64,000 nt of DNA from positions 10,788,001 through 10,852,000 of the forward strand of contig JBHGNT010000010.1 of NCBI GenBank assembly GCA_043228905.1. Direction: 5' to 3'. This DNA comes from Azolla caroliniana (Eukaryota; Plantae; Polypodiophyta). The translations under genes and the position numbers were made by a program. This document shows positions 9,224 to 22,242 of this stretch, piece by piece. The notes below the pieces were generated by a model. That model ran no database searches, had not been told where the DNA came from, and worked only from the letters and a program-made list of their open reading frames with translations. Position 1 is the first letter of the stretch; each line of letters opens with the position of its first letter.

Positions 9224-12200
9224 TCACTTCGGCATGGGATGTCTCTCCAACCCGATCCTCTTCCGGCATGCTTCCATCTTGTCGGGTGTGAGCACCTTGG
9301 TTAGCATATCCGACCCGTTCTCGTCCGTGTGGATCTTCGTCAGCACGAACTCCTTGTCTTCTATCCTTTCCCGGATCCAGTGGTATCTACGCTGGATGTG
9401 TTTCGTCCGGGAATGGTAGGCCGCGTTCTTCGCAAGGTGGATGGCACTCTGACTGTCGCAGTAGAGTCGGTACTCCTCTTGCCGGATACCGAGCTCTCTA
9501 ATGAAGTCCTTCATCCATATTATTTCCTTGCCGGCTTCAACAGCCGCCATGTACTCCGCCTCCGTGGTTGACAACGCAACCGTCTTCTGCAGCCTCGACT
9601 GCCACGAAACAGCTCCCCCTGCATACGTCATCACATACCCTGATGTGGACCGGCTGGTATCTGCATCAGCCGACATATCCGAATCGGTAAAGCCGTCGAG
9701 TTCGGCCTTACCGGAGCCGAATCGGAGGCACACGTTTGCCGTGCCCTTCAGGTATCGGAGTATCCACTTGACCGCGTTCTAGTGCTCTTTGCCGGGATTG
9801 CTCATGTACCGGCTCACCACTCCGACTGCGTATCCTATGTCCGGTCTTGTACACACCATTGTGTACATCAAGCTTCCGACGGCAGAGGCATATGGTACTT
9901 TCATCATGTCCTCCTTCTCAGCCTTTGTCTTGGGGCTTTGCTTGCTGGACAACTTGCAGTTTGCCGGGAGGGTTGACCCGACCGGTCTTGCTTCCGACAT
10001 GTTGAACCGTTGAAGCACCTTTGTCACGTACTTCTCCTGTGACAGCCACAACTCCTTCTTCTTCCGGTCCCGGATGATGTGCATCCCTAGTATTTGCCTC
10101 GCCGGACCCAGGTCCTTCATTGAGAAGGTTCGGTGAAGCGCTTTCTTCAGCGCCCGTATCTTAACCTGGTCCCGTCCGACGATCAACATGTCGTCCACGT
10201 ACAGGAGGAGTATTAGAGAGTCTCCTCCTTCGAACTTCTTCACAAACACGCAGTGATCAGACTGCGTTTTGTGGTACCCTTCGTCGGTCATGAAGGAGTC
10301 GAACTTCCGGTACCATTGCCGGGGAGCCTGCTTCAGTCCGTAAAGGCTCTTCTTCAAACGGCATACCAGGTGCTCCTTCCCTTTCTTCTCGAATCCTTCC
10401 GGTTGCTGCATGTAGATCTCTTCTTCGAGGTCACCGTGAAGGAATGCCGTCTTCACGTCCATCTGTTCTACCTCGAGGTCCATGCTTGCCGCTATGCTCA
10501 GCACCGTCCGGATGGAGGTCATCTTCACTACCGGGGCAAATATCTCGTCGAAGTCGACGCCCTTCTTCTGCTGAAACCCCTTCACCACGATCCTGGCTTT
10601 GTATCTCGGGGGGTTCCCGAGATACAAAGCCTGGTATGCCGGGGAGCCTGCTTCAGTCCGTAAAGGCTCTTCTTCAAACGGCATACCAGGTGCTCCTTCC
10701 CTTTCTTCTCGAATCCTTCCGGTTGCTGCATGTAGATCTCTTCTTCGAGGTCACCGTGAAGGAATGCCGTCTTCACGTCCATCTGTTCTACCTCGAGGTC
10801 CATGCTTGCCGCTATGCTCAGCACCGTCCGGATGGAGGTCATCTTCACTACCGGGGCAAATATCTCGTCGAAGTCGACGCCCTTCTTCTGCTGAAACCCC
10901 TTCACCACGATCATGGCTTTGTATCTCGGGGGGTTCCCGGCATCTCCCGGTTTCAGCTTGAACACCCACTTGTTTCGAAGTGCCCGCTTTCCTTTCGGCA
11001 ACTCCACAAGTTCATATGTGTGGTTCTCATGCAGGGAATCCATCTCGTCCTGCATGGCACTCAACCACCTGCGGCTCTGGGTGTCATGCTTTGCTTCTTC
11101 AAAGCTCTCCGGCTCCCCTTCGTCGGTTAGCAGCACGTGCTCTGGTTCCGGAAATCTCCGGGGGGCCCTTCTCTCTCTTAGAGGATATCTCCGTTCCGGA
11201 GCTTCGGTAACCGGTTCTTCCGATTCTTCTTCATCCGAATCCATTTCGGGATCGGGGCCGGTTCCGGTATCATTTTCATCTTCTTCGGCCGGTTCTGTTT
11301 CTTCACCGTCTTCGGCCGGATCCTCGAGTGCTAACCGGTCTCTTGCCGGTCGGGACTGCTCCTCGTAGAGTTGATCCTCACCGGTCGACTTGGAGCTCTT
11401 CATCTTCTTCTCCGACTCCCAGTCGGCAAGTGTCTTGTTCTCCATGAAGATGATATCTCGACTCCTGAATATCTTCTTGTCGACCGGGTCCCATACTCGG
11501 TAGCCGAACTCGTCATCGCCGTAACCGAGGAATATGCATGGCTGGGTCTTTGGATCTAGCTTTCCTCTCCGGTCCTTAGCCACATGCACATATGCGAGGC
11601 ACCCGAACACCTTCAGATGCCGGTAGGATACTTCCCTACCGGTCCACACTCTCTGCGGCGTGTCTCCGTCCAAAGGTACTGAGGGTGATCTATTTATCAC
11701 GTATGTCGCCGTCGACATCGCCTCAGCCCAAAACCCCTTGGGTAATTTCGCATGCGCCAGCATACTCCGGACCCTCTCCATTATGGTCCGGTTCATCCTC
11801 TCGGCCAGCCCGTTCAGTTCCGGCGTCTTCGGCACAGTAAACTCGAGCCGGATTCCCTTCGAGCGACAGTACTCCGCGAACTGCCCCTGGTATTCTCCTC
11901 CGTTATCCGCTCGTATCGCTTTCAGCTTCTTGCCGGATTCTCTTTCCACCCTCGCGTGGAGTTCTTTGAAGACGGACAACACTTGGTCCTTTGTCTTCAA
12001 CGGTGCCGTCCACAGCTTCCGGCTGTGATCATCAATGAAAGTCACGAAGTACTGGGCTCCGCCATGTGACTTCGTTTCTACCTGACACACATCAGTGTGC
12101 ACCAAGTCCAATGGTGCGCTACGTCTCGTCGGTGGCCTTGAGTGGAAGGAGGTTCGGTTCTGCTTACCGGCCAGGCAATCGGTGCACTTCTCCAGGTGCA

Positions 12201-13617
12201 CATGCTTCACTGGAATAAGGTTGTCTTCTGCAAGCCTCTTCATCCCCTTCTCACTCATGTGGCACAGTCTTTTGTGCCACAGCTCACCGGCAGTGTCGAC
12301 TGCCACGTTCAACTCCTCCGGACATAGCCGGGAATTCATCAGGTACAGTGTGTTGATCTTCCGGGCCCGAGCTACTATCAGGCTCCCTTTGCTGAACTTC
12401 ATGACACCGTTCCGGATGCTACCCGTGTAGCCTTCATCGTCTAGCCTCCCGGCCGAAATCAGGTTCAATCGAACCTCCGGAACGTGTCGGACATCCTTCA
12501 GCAGCATTTTGCATCCGGTCGGGGTTGTCAACCATACGTCTCCTATGCCGGCAATCCGGCACGTACCTTCATTTCCCATCCGAACACAGCCATGTTCACC
12601 GGTTGTGTAGGATGAGAAGTATCTCCTTTCCGGGGTCAGGTGGAACGACGCTCCGGAATCGACCACCCAGGTAGTCTCATCGCCGGCAATGTTTAGTTCA
12701 CCTTCTTCGGTGATGAGCATGATCTCCTCTTCACTTGCCGCGAGTGCCGTCGTTCCTTTCCGGTCCTGCCCTCGCCGATCCGGACCTCTCCGGTCCGTGG
12801 CTCCCCGGTATGCACCGTTTCTCTCCGGTGACTTCTTCGAATCGGTGTCGCCGGCTCCGTTGTCTTTTCGGTAATGCCGACAGTTCTTCCGGAAGTGCCC
12901 CGGCTTCCCACAGTGGAAGCATGTGGGTCTTCCTCTTGACTGCGACCGGGTCCCCGACTTCTCCCGTCTTTGCGGACTCCGGTTCCATTGTCTTCCCCGT
13001 TCCGATTCGGTAAGCAGCGCCTTCGAGTCGGAGGCCGGTTCTTTATCTCTCCGACGCGCATCTTCGTTCAAAATACTTGTCTTTACCGTTTGTAGGGACA
13101 AGTTATCTTCGGTGCAGGAGGTGCTGAGAGTCACCACCAAGTTCTCCCAGCTGTCCGGCAATGTACACATCAGGATGATGGCTTGCATTGCATCCTCCAA
13201 CGGGAACTTGATCGCCGCAAGCTGGTTCACGAATCCCATGAACGTGCTTACGTGTTCCACCATACTCTCGCCGTCCCGGTACTTGAGGTTCACTATCTTT
13301 CTCATCAGGGAGGTCCGGTTCAACGCATTCTTCCTCTCGTAGAGGCCCGACAGCTTCCTCCACATCTCATATGCGTTGGTGTCGTTCGCCACGTGTTGTA
13401 GAACGCTCACGTCGACGTATTGCCGAATGGTTGCAACGGCTTTCCGGTTCCGAAGCCTCCATTCCGACTCAAGTACCCCCTTCGGTATTTCCGACCTGTC
13501 AATCGGTTCGTACAGGTCCCGAACAATCAGAAGATCCTCCATCTTGATCTTCCAGTCGGCGTAATTCTGCGCATTCAGCACCATCATCCCCGGCTGCCCG
13601 CTACTGCCGCCTTCCAT
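9224..13617 (-). pseudogene. Copia-2 gag-pol, disrupted by a 303-bp internal duplication (frameshift) and a TGG>TAG stop at 9779-9781
   Basis: ORF pieces 10582-13701, 9779-10684 and 9224-9733 are colinear with the Copia-1 polyprotein. Confidence 0.95.
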
Positions 13618-13648
13618 TTTCTGCACTGTCGTCGCTCTGATACCACTT

Positions 13649-14325
13649 TGTCGAGAATCAACGCTCCGATTCGCCTTCACCGCTCGGCCACAACCGAGCA
13701 ATCACGAATCAATGCAGCAGAAAAATAGGAAACACAGAGAAAGACACGATAACACACGGATTAACGTGGAAAACCCTATACGGGAAAAACCACGGGAGTG
13801 CAAGACTCCAAACTATCACTATACGCGGGAATGTACAATGGCGAGCTGCAAGGCGACGACCTTGAGCTCGCTGTCCTCGCCACAGGCGGCGGTAATGCAC
13901 AGAGGCAACGACCTCCTCGTCTCTCTCTCTCTCTCTCTCGGCTGCTCTCTTCACTCTCTCTAAGTGAAAAAACAGAAAATGAGCAACAACAGCAGCAGCA
14001 ATAAACTGTTTGCCCTAAGTCATATTTATACACATATGACTTTCGGGCTATTTACAAATGTAGCCTCAAGGGCCCTTGGCAAACATATTCACAGATATGT
14101 CCTCGCATCCGTATCTCTCTCCGGGTACATACGTCATCCGGCTCCGTAACCGGGGTCTTCAGCATCCGGCTCCGTAACCGGGGTCTTCAGCATCCGGCTC
14201 CGTAACCGGGTACTCTTCATCCGGCTTCATGCCGGGTACTCTTCATCCTACGGTTCCGTAACAGCCTCCGGGCTTGCCGTCATTCATCTCCGGACATCCC
14301 ATCCGGAGGGACCGAAATCCCAACA
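13649..14325 (-). repeat. Copia-2 5' LTR (677 bp)
   Basis: Adjacent to the PBS; carries one extra 28-bp repeat unit relative to the 3' LTR. Confidence 0.96.
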
Positions 14326-14396
14326 GGTTTTCCACCACAATGGACCATGAACACAGTGGCCCCTATACATAAAGGAGGGAACCCAATGGACCCAAA

Positions 14397-14869
14397 TGTT
14401 AAGAAAACGTGAAGAAGGCACTCAGGCTCTTCTTATGTGCGCGGCGGATCGTGGTGTGCTAGATCGTTTAGTGCTCAAACACAGAAGGGAAGGGGAAAGG
14501 AGACTTACCTCTGTAGCAGCCAAAACTTCTTCTATTTCATTTACACGCGGAGCTCTACTTGCTCTCGTCTATTTCTCTCTTTTCCTCTCACTCTCTGAGC
14601 TCTTCCTCTCTTTCCTCACTCTCTCACTCAAAGTTCTACTTCCTGTGTATTTCTTCCTCTTACTTACCTACTCTCTTACTTTTTACCTAAGTAATAAGTT
14701 ACTTACGTATGCAGCTAATTAGCTGTCAGTCGCTAAATAGCTGTCAGTAGCTAATTAGATGTCAGTAGCTAATTAGTTGTTTCTCCTTTATGTTCACAAG
14801 TAGCTAAATAGCTACTATAGATTATTTCCTAATAAGCATCACATACCATGTTGAGCTTGCTTCCCAACA
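14397..14869 (-). repeat. Copia-3 3' LTR (473 bp)
   Basis: Direct repeat of 19353-19807 with one more 18-bp AGCTAATTAGCT-type unit. Confidence 0.95.
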
Positions 14870-14887
14870 CTCCCCCTCAAGCTCAAC

Positions 14888-17800
14888 TTATCCTTTCTTG
14901 GGGTTATCTACCACTTCTTTTCCATGATGCTTTTCAGCCATCATATCAGTGTCTACAACTCCCATCATGTTCCGAAACTGTGTATGCTTTTCCACACTCA
15001 ATCCCTTTGTGAGAATATCAGCAACCTGCTGATTTGTATTCACATACACCAGATCAACTTCTCCTTCAATCACTTTTTCTCTAACAAAGTGATAATGCAC
15101 TTCAATGTGCTTTGTTCTTGCGTGGAACACTGGGTTTTTTGCAACCTGAATGCTGCTCATATTGTCACACCAGATTGTGACAGTACCATATATATACTCT
15201 CCCAAATCAGCAAGCAATCTTCTAATCCATACCTCTTCACAAGTGGCTATGGCAACTCCTCTGTACTCAGCTTCAATACTAGACAATGCAACAGTAGCTT
15301 GTTTCTTGCTACTCCATGAAATACCTGCACTTCCCAATGTAAACATATATCCACTTGTGGATCTTCTATCTGTTTGGCTTCCAACCCAATCAGCATCTGT
15401 ATATCCTTCCAGATTTATGTCCAAATCAGCCCTGCAAAACAGTCCATAGTTCTGAGTAGCTTTTACATACCTCAGAATTCTTCTAATGCGGTCCAAATGC
15501 GGCTTTGTTGGCTGTTGCATAAATTGGCTAACTAATCCAACTGCATAACTCAAATCAGGTCTTGTTATGGTCAAATAAATAAGGTTGCCCACCATAGACC
15601 TGTACATGTTTACATCTTCTATTTTGACTCCCAAATCAGCCCTCAATTTGCAGTTTTTATCTAGTGGTACTCCAATAGGTTTGCATCCGAGCATACCATA
15701 CTTTTTCAACATAGTTGTTGCATATTGTCTTTGCAACACACATATACCATTTTCAGATCTGATGATTTCAATACCCAAAAAATATCTCAGATCTCCCAAA
15801 TCTTTCATATGAAATTTCCTTTCCAAATTTCATTTCAGCTTACTTATTTCATCCATGAAATCACCTCCAATGATGAGATCATCAACATAAATCAGAATCA
15901 CAACAATACAATCATCTTTCCTTTTAACATACAATGATGAATCAGCCTTTGACATTTTGAAGTCAAGTTTTTTCAGATAATCTGAAAGTTCTCTGTGTCA
16001 TGTTCTTGGTGCCTGTTTCAGTCCATAGAGAGCCTTTTTCAGCTTACATACATAATCTAGATGCTTCCTATCTTCAAAACCTGGTGGTTGACACATATAC
16101 ACTTCTTCTTCCAAGTTACCATGTAAGAAGGCATTTTTTACATCCATATGATGAAGAAACCAACTTCTGGATGCACCTACAACCACTAATGTCCTCAATG
16201 TTGCCATCTTTGCAACCGGTGCAAATGTCTCATCATAATCAATTCCTTGCATTTGGGCATATCCCTTTGCAACCAATCTTGCTTTATGTCTACTTACATT
16301 CCCACTGGAATCATGCTTTGTCTTGTAGACCCATTTGCAACCTACCACATTTTTTCCTTTTGGTAACTTCACCAAATCCCATGTTCTGTTTTCAGCCAAT
16401 GCATCAATCTCTTCTTGCATTGCATCCACCCATTTCTTCTCAGTTTTAGCCTCATCAAAACTACTTGGATCAGGGATCTGTACCACCTTAGACATATATG
16501 CATAATGCATAGCCATATATGTATCATAACCAAATCTTTCAACAGTTTTTTTCTCTCTATCTGATCTTCTCAGTTTCTGATTTGCATCCTTCAATGCTTT
16601 TTCCATACCAGGGATTTTCAATCCTCTTATACCAAGAAAATCATCCAATGATATATCTGAATCCTCATCTTCCATGTTTTTAGACAAGTCATCCAACATT
16701 TCATACTCTGGCATTTTCTGTTTTCCTTTTTTATCATCACATTTTTTGTGTCCTCCACTTTTTCCACTCCAAGAATTCGAGTCAGATTTACCATCTGAGC
16801 TTTTTGATGGTCCAGAACATTCTGTTGATGTTGGACTTTGTTGTCCAACCTTGCTTCCATCTCTGTGGCAGTCTTCTACATTTTCAGATTTGTCTCTGTC
16901 TTCAATCTCATTGTCTTCATCAGTCTTTGGATTCTGTTTTGGACTGTACCAGCTGGCTAACTCATCAAAAATTACATCCCTACTTGTCACAATCTTCTTT
17001 GTTACAGGGTTATAACATCTATACCCTTTTTGTTCTTCTGAATAGCCAACAAAAATACATTTTTCTGCTTTTGGATCCAGCTTACTTCTTACTTCTGCAG
17101 GCACATGTACATATGCAAGGCATCCAAACACTTTTAAGTGTTCTAAACTAGGTTTCCTTCCATAGAAACACTCTTCAGGAGTTGCTTCATGTACTCCCAA
17201 TGTTATACATCTATTTAGAATATAATTTGTTGTATTTACAGCTTCTGCCCAATAGTACAATGGCATATTCTTCTTTGTCATCAAAGCCCTTGCAATGTTC
17301 ACCAATGTTCTGTTTTTCCTCTCAGCAACTCCATTTTGCTGTGGAGTATATCTACATGTGAACTGTCTTCTTATTCCCTGATTGCATAGAAAATCAGAAA
17401 ATTCATTGGAGAAATACTCTCCTCCTCCTTGTACCTGCCTGCTTTTCTACCATGCATTTAAACTTACAAAAACATTCAAACACTTCACTTTTCTCTTTCA
17501 TGAAATACACCCATGTTTTCCTTGAGCAATCATCAATAAAAGTTACATAGAATCTGCAGCCACCGATAGATGCATTCTTAGTTGGTCCCCATACATCCGT
17601 ATGTACCAAATCCAATAGATTTTTACTTACATGTCTTTCATGAGGGAATGGCAACCTATTTTGCTTTCCATATTGACATGCTTCACATATCTTTCCCATT
17701 TCACAATTTTTCAGTTTTGGCAGTCCAGCGACTGCATCTTTTCTCAACATATTCTTTAGGGTTTGCATACTTATGTGGCCAATCCTTTTATGCCACATTT

Positions 17801-19214
17801 CTACATCTGAGACTACACTCATTCCATTTGCAAACATAGCTGAAATCTATTTAGGCATGTCAACATCCAAAATAAACATTCTTCCTTGTCGTTTTCCTTT
17901 TGCAATGAGCTTCCCATTCTTTTCTATATAGCATCCACTTTGCTTAAACTTTACTTGCATACCTTGCTCTACTATCTGTCCAACAGAAATCAGATTCTTA
18001 GCAAGATTTGGAACATGCATTACATTCAACATATACTTAGTCTTTCCTTTTTCTTCCCACAATGGGATATCTCCAACATGTTCTATTTGGTGAGTACTAT
18101 TATCACCCGTCTGTACATAGCCAGGAATCTCTGGTTCTCTCAACCTTTCAAACCAGTTTGCATGTCCAGTCATATGGTTAGATGCCCCCGAGTCTACATA
18201 CCATGTAAACTCTTCATTACATTTCTGTGAGCTTTCAGCCATTGCTGCTATCTCATGTTGTACCACAAATGCACCATCTTTTTCACAATCTTCACTAGTT
18301 TGGGCATAGTTATTCTGCTATCTCTTTCCTCTTTGCTCATCATTTTGCTTCTTGTAACATTCAGCTTGTGTGTCGCCTGGTTTTCCACAATACCAACAGC
18401 CATCATCATTTACATATATTTGCTTACCTCTACCTTGGTTGCTCCCCCTACCTCTGTTGTTGTTTCTTCCTCTAATGGTTTGTTGTCCTCTTCCTTGATA
18501 ACCATTATTGTTGGTTCTTGCTGAGCCAAATCTTCCATGGCCTCTTCCTCGGCCTCTTCCGGCACTATTATATAGGGCTTGCCCCTCATTCTCAAGATTT
18601 CCTTTATTTACATCATCCATCTGATTCCTTTCTTCTACTACAAGCATTGAAACCAAATCTGGAAAACTTGGGATACTATCCCTTGTAAGCATAGAGGTTT
18701 TAAAACTTTTGTATTGAGGTCCCAAGCCTCTCAAGCATATTTCTACCTTATCATCATCTTCTATCTTTACATTGATAGAAGCAAGTGATTCACATATGCT
18801 CTTTATTTTCAAAGCATACTCATTTATTGACATCTTACCTTTTTCTAAGGTATTTAGCTCAGTCTTCAACTGTAGCTTTCTAGCTTTTGTGTTTACTGCA
18901 AACAGTTTTACCAAACTGTCCTAAGCTTCTTTTGGGAGCATAGCATCCTGTATGTGCCCAAGCATCGAATCTGAGATGCTAAGTGAGAGCCAATGCATTA
19001 CCTTCCTTGCCCCTTGATTCCAATCTTTGAATGCTTTAATCTGTGCTCTTGTGGCATTTTCTTTTGGGATCTCCGGAGCCTCTTCTAGGTCTCCTTCAAT
19101 GTAATCCCAGTATCCTTTCCCCATTAGGAAATTTGTCATTCTAAATTTCCACACCAGGAAATTGTTTTTATCTAGTTTCTCTGTAACTATTTGGCTCGCA
19201 TTCTCTGCAGCCAT
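14888..19214 (-). pseudogene. Copia-3 gag-pol with several stops and frameshifts
   Basis: Fragments with [50 protein letters not shown] and WCDNMSSI. Confidence 0.95.
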
Positions 19215-19352
19215 TATCTCTTCCAAACTAGGGTTTTTGCTACGATTACTTCAACAAGTAACTTTCTGATTCAGATCAGCAAACAGAGAATTACCTTTCT
19301 CAGATCTATGCACTTCTGTACTCTTCTTTATGAGCAACTTGCTCTGATACCA

Positions 19353-19807
19353 TGTTAAGAAAACGTGAAGAAGGCACTCGGGCTCTTCTTATGTGTGCGG
19401 CGGATCGTGGTGTGCTAGATCGTTTAGTGCTCAAACACAGAAGGGAAGGGGGAAGGAGACTTACCTCTGTAGCAACCAGAACTTCTTCTATTTCATTTAC
19501 ACGCGGAGCTCTACTTGCTCTCGTCTATTTCTCTCTTTTTCTCTCACTCTCTGAGCTCTTCCTCTCTTTCCTCACTCTCTCACTCAGAGTTCTACTTCCT
19601 GTGTATTTCTTCCTCTTACTTACCTACTCTCTTACTTTTTACCTAAGTAATAAGTTACTTACGTATGCAGCTAATTAGCTGCTTGTAGCTAATTAGCTGT
19701 CAGTAGCTAATTAGTTGTTTCTCCTTTATGTTCACAAGTAGCTAAATAGCTACTATAGCTTATTTCCTAATAAGCATCACATACCATGTTGAGCTTGCTT
19801 CTCAACA
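19353..19807 (-). repeat. Copia-3 5' LTR (455 bp)
   Basis: Directly adjacent to the PBS (GCTCTGATACCA on the + strand). Confidence 0.95.
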
Positions 19808-19812
19808 CCAAA

Positions 19813-21521
19813 TACATATAGGACCATTATGATAGGCCATACGCTCGCTAAACTATATGGTGCAATAATGGAAGCGGAGCTTAGCGATTATATGGAAACA
19901 TTAAGTCTTCGAGCACCTGAGCAAGTTGGCTTTAGATGACGAGCCTTCTCCACTATTGACCATATCTTCACACTTAGGTGCTTAATTGACCAGACAAAGG
20001 CTCATAAGAAGAAACTATATTGTTGCTTTGTGGACTTCCGCAAAGCCTTTGACACAGTTCCTAGGGAGAAGTTGTTTGATAGACTTAAGAGCTTGGAGAT
20101 ACCAAATGACATGATCTAGGCAATTTATGCCCTATATAAGTAAGTCTCTGGGTGCGTAAGATGCCCAAGTGGCCTATCCGATTGTTTCACTAGCACCATT
20201 GTTGTAAAACAAGGTTGCCCCCTATCTCCGACTCTTTTTGGGATCTACATTGATGAGGTCACTGATTTTATTGCTCATAAAGGAGGCAAGGGAGTAGTTA
20301 TTGGGGATACGCAAGTTAGTCTCTTACTCTACGCAGAAGACATTGTCTTGCTCTCAGAGTCAGAACATGACCTACAAAAGCATCTTAATGCCCTAGATGA
20401 CTTTTGTACACAACAAGGATTGGTAGTGAATCTAGTGAGAACTAAAGTCCTTATCTTTCATACATCGTCCCAAGTTAGGAGTAAATGTCACCTAATCCTC
20501 TCTCATAAACTAGTTGAGGTAGTTGGATAATATGTATACTTGGGAGTCACTTTAGTGCTCGCTCAGGTAAATTCTTGATGACCCAAGCAACCAAAGATAG
20601 GCTAACGAGAGGGTATTCATCCCTCTCACTCTTAGAGAGACAATGCCACCAGACATACTTTCAAGAACAACGGACTAAGGGATGGCTCTTCGACTCATTA
20701 GTGACCCCTTCCCTCATGTATGCATCAATAGTATGGGCTCTAGGTCTACCATCTTTCATGTGGACGCAATTAGAGAGACCTTTGGTGACGATGTTATCAC
20801 ATCAACTCCGAAGCAAATCGACAATACCACATGACATTATTAGAGCAGAGTTCAATCTGCCCCCGATGTTAGTAGAAGCACTGTTTCAAGTGGTAGTTTT
20901 TATTCATCGAATACATAGCCAACCACAAGATAGGATATCCCGTCGAGCGTTTGAGGCATCTCAATCCCTACATGTGTCTAGAGACACTAGCTCTTGGTAT
21001 AGCACTGTGGTGAGTTGGTTACTTGCAAACGACATAGACATTAATAACCTACGCCCCCCCTTAAGTACAACCATGGGACTGAGCAAACTCTAATATCTCA
21101 TGAAGACCGTAATAAAGTGATACACCAAGAAAAATGGCAAATTTACACTCGATATAAATGGATCACCCCACGAGAGCCACTCCCATCTAAAATGTTGTAC
21201 TATAAGGAACACTTCTTGCACTTCTCTCAATTAGGTTTTATTACACGACCAAGATATCTAGATACATTCTTATCAAATGCACTAAGGGTTACCATTGGAC
21301 AACTTAGGATATCAGCTCACCAACTTGAGATTGAGAATGGTCGGGCTAATAGAGTCCCTAGGGAGGAAAGGCTATGTAGGTTGTGCCACATAGAGATAGA
21401 GGATGAGTATCACTTCACATGCAAGTGCCCAACTTATGCCGAGATACGAGTGGAATACCAAGACATATTAGGACCCTCTCCCATCCTCTCCAAACTATTA
21501 GATACCCAAGAGACTAGGTAG
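19813..21521 (+). pseudogene. LINE ORF2 RT domain and C-terminal Cys/His domain
   Basis: YRTIMIG, QVGFR, CFVDFRKAFD, VKQGCPLSPTLF, LLYAED (degenerate YADD), LRISAHQLEIENGR..PREERLCRLC..EDEYHFTCKC. Confidence 0.92.
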
Positions 21522-22079
21522 GTATATCTTAGAGCTAAAACAACATAGGGAGAATAAATTACAAAGTGTTAACCATAACCCTTTTACTATTCATCAACTT
21601 GTAACTAGTGTAATTTTTTAGGAACAAGGGGAGATGATGAATGTGGATACAATTACACCGCTCGGCCTCTCTCTTGAGGAAGCCGAAATGCAAAGAACAA
21701 CCAAACACCCTCAGATGTTGGGCTTCAAAACAAGTCGACACGGAGTAGAAAGGATTAAGAAGATAAGGGAACTTGAGCTACATCGCCTAGAAGCTATGGT
21801 TGGGGTACCTTTTACATTGGGGCCACAGGCCACATCCACATCCACACTCTTTGAACTCCTGCTTCTCTTCGAGAGACTTGGATGGAAATGAAATTAGGCC
21901 TAGTATAACATCATTTTCATTGTAGAACATGTTTGTTATTTTATTTTACTAGAACTATTTAGCTTCAAACTCTATTTTTATTTTTATTTTTCACTTTCGA
22001 TGAATGGATAAAAATCACATTTTTTGTTGTAAACCATTTGTCTCATGGGCCAATTTTGGCCTTAGAAGACGTTAATATA

Positions 22080-22084
<5 letters not shown>

Positions 22085-22150
<66 letters not shown>
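22085..22150. repeat. (CT)n microsatellite at the LINE 3' end
   Basis: About 33 perfect dinucleotide units. Confidence 0.97.
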
Positions 22151-22155
<5 letters not shown>

Positions 22156-22242
22156 GCCTTACATACACACACACAATCCTTTCGCTGCATCTCAACCACT
22201 CTTGCTCCTCATTCCTTTACACTTATATACTAAGCCCTAACT

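Larger units (their letters stand above)
8565..14325 (-). mobile_element. Complete but defective Ty1/Copia element (Copia-2, same family as Copia-1)
   Basis: LTRs at 13649-14325 (5') and 8565-9213 (3'). TSD GGTTT at 8560-8564 and 14326-14330. PBS at 13634-13645. PPT ~9216-9225. Confidence 0.97.
14397..19807 (-). mobile_element. Complete but degenerate Ty1/Copia element (Copia-3, AT-rich, different family)
   Basis: LTRs at 19353-19807 (5') and 14397-14869 (3'). TSD CCAAA at 14392-14396 and 19808-19812. PBS at 19341-19352. PPT at 14870-14878. Confidence 0.96.
412..22080 (+). mobile_element. Degenerate near-full-length non-LTR retrotransposon (LINE, RTEX-like), ~5 kb in four pieces: 412-625, 6090-8564, 14331-14396, 19813-22080
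   Basis: ORF1 plus APE-RT ORF2. The reading frame continues across the Copia insertions (FNCALVEG|FPPQWTMNTVAPIHKGGNPMDPN|TYRTIMIGHTLAKLYG). The element ends at a (CT)n tract. The 5' boundary is inferred. Confidence 0.8.

Noticed and set aside
21634-21891. Separate small gene after LINE ORF2
   Set aside because: It lies within the LINE 3' region; more likely a frameshifted ORF2 tail or UTR, with no independent support.
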